Notes under the pieces: model-generated
What the model saw: the letters and a program-made list of their open reading frames with translations, nothing else
The model's database searches: none
Told to the model about the DNA's origin: nothing
Position numbers and translations under genes: made by a program
NCBI GenBank assembly: GCA_040754475.1
Contig: JBFMCN010000092.1
Location: 1-62,472 of the forward strand
Origin: Actinomycetota bacterium
Lineage (GTDB): Bacteria > Actinomycetota > UBA4738 > HRBIN12
Length of the DNA: 62,472 bases
Direction of reading: 5' to 3'
Shown: positions 37,030 through 43,766 of the stretch, piece after piece
How positions within the stretch are numbered: the first letter of the stretch is position 1
Layout of the letters: every line of letters starts with the position of its first letter

Positions 37030-38263
37030 GCCGGCGCTGGTCCTCGAGGCGGTCACGGCAGGCTACGGCGGGCCGCCGGCCTTGAGAGACGTGAGTCTCG
37101 ACGTTCGGCCGGGGGAGGTTGTCGGGCTCGTCGGTCCGAACGGGTCCGGGAAGACCACGCTCGTGCGGGCCGCCTCGCGCGCGCTCCGTCCGCTGTCGGG
37201 GGCCGTTCTCGTGGCCGGCCGCGACCCGTACCGCCTTCCGGCGCGCGAGGCGGCCCGCCTGGTCGCGGTCGTTCCTCAGGATGTGACCCCCGCCTTCTCG
37301 TTCACCGCGCTTGAGATGGTCCTGATGGGCCGTACTCCTCACCTCTCAGCCTGGGGGGGTGGAGGACCTGAGGATTGGCCGAGGGTGCGCGAGGCCATGG
37401 CGGCGACGTCCGTGCAGCACCTGGCGGACCGACCCGTGGAGGAGCTCTCGGGTGGCGAGCGGCGACGGGTCGTGCTGGCGCAGGCGCTCGCCCAGGACGC
37501 ACCTGTGCTGCTTCTGGACGAACCCACCGCGCATCTCGACATCCGCCACGTCTTGGAGGTGCTCGATGTCGTTCGCGGCCTGGCTGCCAGGGAGGGAACG
37601 GCCGTCCTCGCGATCTTCCACGACCTGGATCTGGCCGCCGCCAACTGCGACCGTCTCGTTGCCCTTCACCGGGGTGAGGTCGCAGCGGCGGGAGCGCCGG
37701 AGCGGGTGGTCACGCGCGAACTGCTCGAGACGGTGTACGGGGTCGAGGCGGAGGTCGTCGCGGACGAGGTCACCGGCCGCCCCGCCGTACGTCTCGGCGC
37801 GCGCCCGGCGGCACCGGCGGCGCTCGGGCGGCGCGCTCACGTGATCGGCGGCGCGGGGCGCGGGGCGCCGCTGCTTCGCCGGCTCTCCGAGGCCGGCTTC
37901 GAGGTCAGCGTCGGCGTGCTGCACGCCACCGACACCGACGCCGTCGTCGCCGAGCGACTGAACCTGCTTCGTGTGAGCGTCCCCCCGTTCTCAGAGATCG
38001 ATGGCGAGAGCGCGGCGGAGGCCCGGAGACTCGCCGTGAGCGCCGATCTGCTCGTCGTGTGCGACGCCCCCTATGGCGCCGGCAACCTGGAGAACCTGCG
38101 CATAGCCCTCGAAGCTGCAAAGGGCGGAGTCCGAACCCTTCTCCTCGAGGAGGTGCCTATCGCCGAGCGCGACTTCACGGGCGGGATCGCCACGGGACTC
38201 TGGTGCGCGCTCCGCGAAAGGGCCGAGGTCGTCCGCAGCTACGACGACGTGGCCGTCTGCTGA
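37016..38263 (+). CDS. btuD: ABC transporter ATP-binding protein (BtuD/FepC-like) with an additional ~144-aa C-terminal domain
   Basis: GTG 37016 after GGAAGGAGG. Walker A GPNGSGKTT, signature LSGGERRR, Walker B LLLDEPT, H-loop. After about residue 270 comes an extra Rossmann-like segment (HVIGGAGRGAPLLRRLSEAGFEV..., DLLVVCDAPYGAGNLENL...). Confidence 0.85.
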   Translation: MPTGEPALVLEAVTAGYGGPPALRDVSLDVRPGEVVGLVGPNGSGKTTLVRAASRALRPLSGAVLVAGRDPYRLPAREAARLVAVVPQDVTPAFSFTALEMVLMGRTPHLSAWGGGGPEDWPRVREAMAATSVQHLADRPVEELSGGERRRVVLAQALAQDAPVLLLDEPTAHLDIRHVLEVLDVVRGLAAREGTAVLAIFHDLDLAAANCDRLVALHRGEVAAAGAPERVVTRELLETVYGVEAEVVADEVTGRPAVRLGARPAAPAALGRRAHVIGGAGRGAPLLRRLSEAGFEVSVGVLHATDTDAVVAERLNLLRVSVPPFSEIDGESAAEARRLAVSADLLVVCDAPYGAGNLENLRIALEAAKGGVRTLLLEEVPIAERDFTGGIATGLWCALRERAEVVRSYDDVAVC

Positions 38264-39543
38264 TCAACGCGCTCGGCGCCTTGCGGTTCGGTGGGTTCGG
38301 CGTCGATCGGCTCGGTCGGGGTCGTCACGGGCGGGATCGTCGCGTCGGCAGGAAGCAGCGGCGGCTTCATCACCCGCTCTCCGCGGTGGAGTGGCATGCA
38401 GAAAGAAACGCGGGTGCCTCCGGCCGGCAAGGGGTCCGCCCACATGATTCCGCCGTGCTTGAGCACGAGCTGTCGCGCGAGGTTGAGGCCGATCCCCACG
38501 CCGGACCGCTCCTTGCGCAGGATCTCCTCACCGGTCGAGAAGGGTTCGCTGAAGGCCCGGGTGATCAGTTCGCGGTCGATCCCCTGGCCGTGATCGGTGA
38601 TCGAGACGACCACCCCCTCCTCCATCGACCGAGCCCGGAGATGGACCGGCGCGCCCTGCGGCGAGTAGCGGCACGCATTGTCGAGGATCTGACGCACAAC
38701 CTCGGCGATCTGGGCGGGATCGGCCATGGCGGGGAGCGTCGCCGGTATCGCGTGATCGATCTCGATGCCTGTGTATCGCTTGCCGATCTCATCGATGACG
38801 TGGCGGAGGATCGGTGCGAGATCGAGCTCGGAAACCCTGAGAAGGAGCGTCCCGCGGTCGAGTTCGGTGATCGTTACCATCTCGTCGACGGTCTTCATGA
38901 GCCGCTCGAGCGATGAGTCGAGCTGGGAGAGGAACTCCTCCTTCTCCTTGTCGGAGACGTCGGGACTCTTGAGCACGAACGCGATCCCTTTCGCGATGGT
39001 CACGGGCGTCCGCAGCTCGTGGGAGATGTTGGCGAGGAAATCCGCTTTGACGGTCGTCAGGTGCTCGAGCCTCTCGGACGTTTCGGCCAGCGCGACCTCG
39101 AGCTGACGTTGGTGCTTGATGGACTCGGCCAGACGCTCCGCGATCTGGGAGGCCACGCGCGGGCTGAACACGACGTTGCCGTCGAGCACCGCCCGGATCC
39201 CACGGACGACGGCTTCGGCTCCGTCCTCCTTCAGCAGGTACCCGGAGGCGCCTGCCTCGAGCATCTCTGCGATGGCGAACGGCGAGGGCACGCCGGTCCA
39301 GCAGATGACGCGGGTCTCGGGCACCATCGCGATCAGCCGCTGGAGAAGCTCGCTCCCGGAGAGGCCCTCCAGGCCGATCTCGGCAACGACGACTTGGGGC
39401 TGGGTTCGCGCTGCCACCTCGACGGCCCGGAACCCCTCGGTCACGACCTCGGTCGCGAAATCGTCGCCCGACCTGATCAGCGCGTACTGAAGCTGGGCGA
39501 GCGCGTCCGCCGTGTCACACAAAAGGAGCTTGGTCGGCATCAC
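38239..39543 (-). CDS. Histidine kinase with N-terminal receiver-like (pseudo-receiver) domain, HisKA and HATPase_c
   Basis: 434 aa. REC-like fold in which the phospho-acceptor position reads VVVAEIGLEGLSG (Glu instead of Asp), with the T (CWTG) and K (LLKE) positions retained. H-box ANISHELRTP; G-boxes DHGQGI and GVGIGL. Confidence 0.85.
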   Translation of the reverse strand: MMPTKLLLCDTADALAQLQYALIRSGDDFATEVVTEGFRAVEVAARTQPQVVVAEIGLEGLSGSELLQRLIAMVPETRVICWTGVPSPFAIAEMLEAGASGYLLKEDGAEAVVRGIRAVLDGNVVFSPRVASQIAERLAESIKHQRQLEVALAETSERLEHLTTVKADFLANISHELRTPVTIAKGIAFVLKSPDVSDKEKEEFLSQLDSSLERLMKTVDEMVTITELDRGTLLLRVSELDLAPILRHVIDEIGKRYTGIEIDHAIPATLPAMADPAQIAEVVRQILDNACRYSPQGAPVHLRARSMEEGVVVSITDHGQGIDRELITRAFSEPFSTGEEILRKERSGVGIGLNLARQLVLKHGGIMWADPLPAGGTRVSFCMPLHRGERVMKPPLLPADATIPPVTTPTEPIDAEPTEPQGAERVDQQTATSS

Positions 39544-39629
39544 CCAAGGTATCGACCCATGGCAAGGCGAGTTGAGGCCGACAGACCCTTTCCTCTTGGC
39601 CGTTCGTACGAGCGACCCGAACGACCGGC

Positions 39630-40295
39630 CTACTCGACCAGGCCGCCTCGGATCGCGATGGCGACCGCCTGGGCGCGGTCGTTGGCACCTAGCTTCTCGA
39701 AGATCCGCTCGAGGTGGGTCTTGACCGTGTGCGGGGAGATCCCGAGGTCGTGCGCGACTTCCTTGGTCGTCGCACCGTATGCGACCTTCTGAAGGATCTC
39801 CTTCTCACGCTTGGACAGGGTGGCGACCTCAGGGCGGCGCTCGGCGAGCTGCACCTCCTCGATGAACGCCCGCGTCAGCTGCGGGTGGATGACGGCTTTT
39901 CCTTCGAGCGCGAGTCTCGCCGCGTTCACGAGCTCGTCGGCGGAGGCGTCTTTGAGCAAGTACCCGGACACGCCGGCCTGGATTGCCTCGGCTATCGAGC
40001 TCCGAGACTCGTCGACGGTGAACAGGATCACGCGTGTGTCGGGGGAGGCCTGGCGGATGGCTCTGGTCGCCTCGATGCCCCCCATGCCGGGCATGCGCAC
40101 GTCCATGAACACGATGTCGGGCGCTTGGTCGCGGACGACGTCGACGGCCTCCTCGCCGCTCGCGGCCTCGCCGACCACTACCACGTCATCGGAGAGGTCA
40201 AGCGCGGCGTGCAGTCCTTCCCGGGTAACTGGGTGGTCGTCAACGATCAGGATGCTGATCGGCGACGTCTCCCCCTCGGATCCCCTCGTTCGCAT
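39630..40295 (-). CDS. NarL/LuxR-family response regulator
   Basis: ILIVDDHP, DIVFMDVRMPGMGG, LFTVD, GYLLKD, and a C-terminal LuxR HTH (LSKREKEILQKVAYGATTKEVAHDLGISPHTVKTHL). Confidence 0.92.
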   Translation of the reverse strand: MRTRGSEGETSPISILIVDDHPVTREGLHAALDLSDDVVVVGEAASGEEAVDVVRDQAPDIVFMDVRMPGMGGIEATRAIRQASPDTRVILFTVDESRSSIAEAIQAGVSGYLLKDASADELVNAARLALEGKAVIHPQLTRAFIEEVQLAERRPEVATLSKREKEILQKVAYGATTKEVAHDLGISPHTVKTHLERIFEKLGANDRAQAVAIAIRGGLVE

Positions 40296-40341
40296 GAGCC
40301 CCCATAGAATAGAGGTTCAGGACCCGCGAAGGAACGGACCA

Positions 40342-40749
40342 ATGGACGAACTCGCCCCCGACCTTTCAGCTACCTCGGACTCGGCTACCTCGGACGAGGC
40401 CGGCCCATCGTCAGGTCGGCATCAGGCTGACGAGACGGCCGACGGAGCCTCGCCGACCGGCGACCTGGTGCTCGACGCTCTGCGCAATGTGTACGACCCA
40501 GAGCTCGGCATCAACATCGTGGACCTCGGGCTGGTGTACACGGTCGAGGTCGAGGGAGGCGTCGTCCGCATCGAGTACACGCTCACCACGATGGGATGCC
40601 CGATCGGCCCGCTCATCGAGCGGCAGATGCACGCGCTCGTCGCCGGCATCCCCGGGGTGGAAGAGGTCGACATCGAGATGGTGCTGCGGCCGCCCTGGGG
40701 CCCAGACATGATGTCCGAGGAGGCCAAGGCGGCGCTCGGGTTCTTCTAG
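40342..40749 (+). CDS. DUF59 (MIP18/SufT-like) Fe-S assembly protein with a Ser/Thr/Asp-rich N-terminal extension
   Basis: Core VYDPELGINIVDLGLVY...TMGCPIGP, typical of SufT/PaaD-like DUF59. The N-terminus contains a 15-nt tandem repeat (40369..40395). Confidence 0.8.
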   Translation: MDELAPDLSATSDSATSDEAGPSSGRHQADETADGASPTGDLVLDALRNVYDPELGINIVDLGLVYTVEVEGGVVRIEYTLTTMGCPIGPLIERQMHALVAGIPGVEEVDIEMVLRPPWGPDMMSEEAKAALGFF

Positions 40750-40901
40750 GGTCGGCTGACTGACCGGCCTGATCCGGGTGGGGCGCCAGGCACCGGGAAG
40801 TGTCTCCGATGTGCTATTCCGACTGGTCAGGTGGACTTACGCCTCCCCTGCGACGTAACCTAGGGACGATCAGCCGGAACAGGGTCTAGGAAGGACGAGA
40901 G

Positions 40902-42314
40902 GTGGCCGTCAGCCAGGAAGAGCACCTCAGGGAGCTCTCGAAGGGCTACCGCTTCGATTGGAAGGATCCCGAACACTCGGTCTTCCAGCCGAAGCGAGGC
41001 CTGAGCGAGGCCGTCGTGGCGGAGATCTCCGAGCGCAAGGGGGAGCCCGACTGGATGCGCAAGTTCCGGCTGAAGGCATACCGGCACTTCTCCAAGCGCC
41101 CGATGCCGTGGTGGGGCGCCGACCTGTCGGGGATCGGTTTCGACGACATCTACTACTACATCAAGCCCACGGAGCAGCAGGCGAAGAGCTGGGACGACCT
41201 TCCGGAGGACATACGGGGGACCTGGGACAAGCTCGGGATACCCGAGGCGGAGAAGAAGTACCTCGGCGGCGTGTCGGCCCAGTACGAGTCCGAGGTCGTG
41301 TACCACAAGGTTCGCGAGGAGCTCGCGTCGATGGGGGTGCTGTTCAGCGACATGGACGGCGGTCTGCGCGAGCACCCGGACATCGTGCGCGAGTACTTCG
41401 GGACCCTCATCCCGGCGAACGACAACAAGTTCGCGGCGCTGAACTCCGCCGTGTGGTCCGGCGGATCGTTCATCTACGTGCCGCCGGGCGTGCACGTGGA
41501 CATACCGCTCCAGGCCTACTTCCGCATCAACGCCGAGAACATGGGCCAGTTCGAGCGGACGCTGATCATCGCCGACGAGGGCTCCTACGTTCACTACGTC
41601 GAGGGCTGCTCGGCGCCGATCTACACGAGCGACTCCCTACACGCGGCGGTCGTGGAGATCATCATCAAGCGGGGTGCGCGGGTCAGGTACACGACGATCC
41701 AGAACTGGTCCACCAACGTCTACAACCTCGTGACCAAGCGCTCGGCTGCTTACGAGGACGCGGTGATGGAGTGGGTCGACGGCAACATCGGGTCTAAGGT
41801 CACGATGAAGTACCCGTCGATCTACCTGCTCGGCAAGGGCGCCCGCGGAGAGGTGCTTTCGGTGGCCTACGCGGGTCGCGGCCAGCACACCGACGCGGGT
41901 GGAAAGGCGATCCACGCCGCGCCGTACACGACGAGCGTGATCACGAGCAAGTCGGTCTCCAAGGACGGGGGTAGAACGGGCTACCGCGGTCTCGTCCGCG
42001 TGGAGCCCGACGCGCACCACGCCAAGTCCACCGTCCGATGCGACGCGCTGATCCTCGACGAGGACTCGCGCTCGGACACCTACCCGTACATCGAGGTCGA
42101 GGAGGAGACCGCCGCGCTCGGCCACGAGGCGACCGTGTCGAAGGTCGGCGAGGACCAGCTCTTCTACCTGATGAGCCGCGGCCTCACCGAGCCCGAGGCG
42201 ACCGCGATGATCGTGAACGGGTTCATCGAGCCGATCACTCGTGAGCTGCCGATGGAGTACGCGGTCGAGCTGAACCGCCTGGTCGAGCTCCAGATGGAGG
42301 GCTCGGTCGGCTAG
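40902..42314 (+). CDS. sufB: Fe-S cluster assembly scaffold protein SufB (intein-free)
   Basis: 470 aa with characteristic SufB sequence throughout (…[15 protein letters not shown]…, …[23 protein letters not shown]…-like). GTG start after AGGAAGGA. Confidence 0.93.
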   Translation: MAVSQEEHLRELSKGYRFDWKDPEHSVFQPKRGLSEAVVAEISERKGEPDWMRKFRLKAYRHFSKRPMPWWGADLSGIGFDDIYYYIKPTEQQAKSWDDLPEDIRGTWDKLGIPEAEKKYLGGVSAQYESEVVYHKVREELASMGVLFSDMDGGLREHPDIVREYFGTLIPANDNKFAALNSAVWSGGSFIYVPPGVHVDIPLQAYFRINAENMGQFERTLIIADEGSYVHYVEGCSAPIYTSDSLHAAVVEIIIKRGARVRYTTIQNWSTNVYNLVTKRSAAYEDAVMEWVDGNIGSKVTMKYPSIYLLGKGARGEVLSVAYAGRGQHTDAGGKAIHAAPYTTSVITSKSVSKDGGRTGYRGLVRVEPDAHHAKSTVRCDALILDEDSRSDTYPYIEVEEETAALGHEATVSKVGEDQLFYLMSRGLTEPEATAMIVNGFIEPITRELPMEYAVELNRLVELQMEGSVG

Positions 42315-42319
42315 CCCGA

Positions 42320-43060
42320 TCAGTTCAGCGGCGTGAGCGGCCCATCTCCGATCTCTGTGAGGATCTCGTTCACTAGGTCCACCGCTCGCTGACGGAGGCG
42401 ATCGAGCTGGGAAGCGAGGGCACTATCGTGTGTGAACAGATCGTCGTATCGGTCGAACATCCATCGGCCGAAGCCTCCATGCTGATAGAAGTCGACGTTG
42501 AGGCCGAGCCCGTCGCGCAACTGCTGCCTGGCAGCGTCGATCGCCGCTACCGCTTCATCAAGCTTGCCCCTCCAGACCGGATTGGCGACCTGACTCTTCC
42601 CCGCTACACGTCTGATCACGAACCCATCGCGAGTCCGCCAGCACCCCGTATTCACGGCCAGGACTGTGTCCTCAAGAGCCTGATCCAGGTCTGAGAAGCT
42701 CATCTCTTGGTGGAATCTCGTCCGGAAGGCCGGCCGGTCGAAGCATTGAGCATAGAAGCGCACAAGTTCCACGTCTGCGAACCACTTCGGGTTCCCCGGC
42801 CTGATGGAAGATGCGTCTGCGGCCAGGTTGATGGTCCGGTCGAGGTGCCCTCGAAGCTCTTGCTCGGTGTATGCCCGAGTTGTCCGGCCTGGGCCCTGGT
42901 GCGCGTGGACCTCGTCGTGGCAGTTGGGGCACAGCGGGATGGCGTTGGAGGGATTGTCGGAACCCCCCTCACTCCTGGGCAGAATGTGGTGCACCTGCAC
43001 GCCGTGGAGGCGGTTACAGATGGCGCACATCCGGCCAGTGCGGGCAAGAACTTCACTCAC
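42320..43060 (-). CDS. HNH endonuclease domain protein with an uncharacterised ~170-aa C-terminal domain
   Basis: HNH motif CAICN...VQVHHILPRSEGGSDNPSNAIPLCPNCHDEVH. The stop lies 5 nt after the sufB stop. Start uncertain: GTG 43060, ATG 43030, or ORF-track start 43168, which has poor GC3 and overlaps vapB. Hand GC count is about 60% versus 65-70% in the flanks. Confidence 0.75.
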   Translation of the reverse strand: MSEVLARTGRMCAICNRLHGVQVHHILPRSEGGSDNPSNAIPLCPNCHDEVHAHQGPGRTTRAYTEQELRGHLDRTINLAADASSIRPGNPKWFADVELVRFYAQCFDRPAFRTRFHQEMSFSDLDQALEDTVLAVNTGCWRTRDGFVIRRVAGKSQVANPVWRGKLDEAVAAIDAARQQLRDGLGLNVDFYQHGGFGRWMFDRYDDLFTHDSALASQLDRLRQRAVDLVNEILTEIGDGPLTPLN

Positions 43061-43136
43061 TGTCTTCCGGGGGAAAGCCACGAGCGGATTCTGACACACG
43101 CAACTGGCCCCGGTGGGTGGGTAGGGGCAACTGCTG

Positions 43137-43142
43137 TATACT
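43137..43142 (+). promoter_or_regulatory. -10-like hexamer TATACT, 9 nt upstream of the vapB-like ATG
   Basis: AT-rich TANNNT hexamer in the HNH/vapB divergent spacer. Spacing is compatible with a very short or leaderless 5' UTR. Confidence 0.25.
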
Positions 43143-43151
43143 GCGCTGGAT

Positions 43152-43382
43152 ATGGCAGCTACACGCACCCAGGTCTACCTGACCAAGGAACAGAGGGCGA
43201 AGCTCGACGAGCTCGGGCGGCGTGGGGAAAGGACGCTGGCGGAGCTCATCCGAGAGGCTGTGGACCGCTACCTGGAGGAAGAGCGCCGAGTGGACCCGAA
43301 CGAGGCGCTCGAGGCTACCTTCGGCGCGTGCCCGGATCTTGAGATCCCCAACCGCGGCGAGTGGAACCGGGACCTTGGCTGA
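43152..43382 (+). CDS. vapB: Ribbon-helix-helix (CopG/VapB-type) antitoxin
   Basis: 76 aa. The N-terminal TRTQVYLTKEQRAKLDELGRRGERTLAELIREAVDRYL matches the RHH pattern. Overlaps the downstream PIN gene by 8 nt. Confidence 0.75.
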   Translation: MAATRTQVYLTKEQRAKLDELGRRGERTLAELIREAVDRYLEEERRVDPNEALEATFGACPDLEIPNRGEWNRDLG

Positions 43383-43725
43383 CGTCCTCGTCGACACCGA
43401 TGTCTTCGTTGACCATCTGCGGGGACACGCACGGTTCGATCCCGGGCCGGATCGGGTTCTCTACTCGGTCGTGACCAGGGCCGAGCTGTTCGCCGGCGCG
43501 GGAGCCAACGAGGCGGTCATCAGGAAGCTCCTCGAGCCGTTCGCGGAGGTGCCGGTCGAGCGTGAGATAGCCGAGGCGGCGGGGACTCTTCGACGGGCAG
43601 TGGGGGTGTCGCTCCCCGATGCGCTGATCGGCGCCTCGGCGCTTTCCCGTGGGGCCACGCTCTTGACCCGCAACCGGCGGGACTTCGACCGGATCCCCGG
43701 CTTGAAGGTTCGGGCACCGCGCTGA
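43375..43725 (+). CDS. vapC: PIN-domain ribonuclease toxin (VapC-like)
   Basis: TTG 43375 in frame. Acidic PIN residues at VLVDTDVFVD, TRAELF, LPDALIGASA and TRNRRDF. 116 aa. Confidence 0.75.
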   Translation: MADVLVDTDVFVDHLRGHARFDPGPDRVLYSVVTRAELFAGAGANEAVIRKLLEPFAEVPVEREIAEAAGTLRRAVGVSLPDALIGASALSRGATLLTRNRRDFDRIPGLKVRAPR

Positions 43726-43737
43726 TGAGCCGAGGGG

Positions 43738-43760
43738 AATCCTATCCCCTTGATAGGATT
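43738..43760 (+). promoter_or_regulatory. AT-rich perfect 9-bp inverted repeat AATCCTATC-N5-GATAGGATT immediately upstream of sufD
   Basis: Read from the sequence. The right arm contains TAGGAT/AGGA (43754..43759), 7-8 nt before the sufD ATG (43767). This could be an occluded SD, a -10 element for a leaderless sufD mRNA, or a terminator for vapC. Confidence 0.5.
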
Positions 43761-43766
43761 TGATCA

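Noticed and set aside
35752-37056. 434-aa minus-strand ORF opposite the btuC-like permease
   Set aside because: It is antisense to a clear FecCD permease, and its sequence is R/D/E/P-rich.
40750-40901. Search for a palindromic SufR/IscR-type operator in the sufB leader
   Set aside because: I found no convincing inverted repeat by eye. Several near-palindromes failed base-by-base checking. This needs a computational motif search.
43061-43168. ORF-track start (43168) for the HNH gene
   Set aside because: The first ~36 codons have poor third-position GC (GTA, ATA, GCA, AGT, CCA, AAT...). They overlap the vapB start and its putative promoter, so a downstream GTG or ATG start is more plausible.
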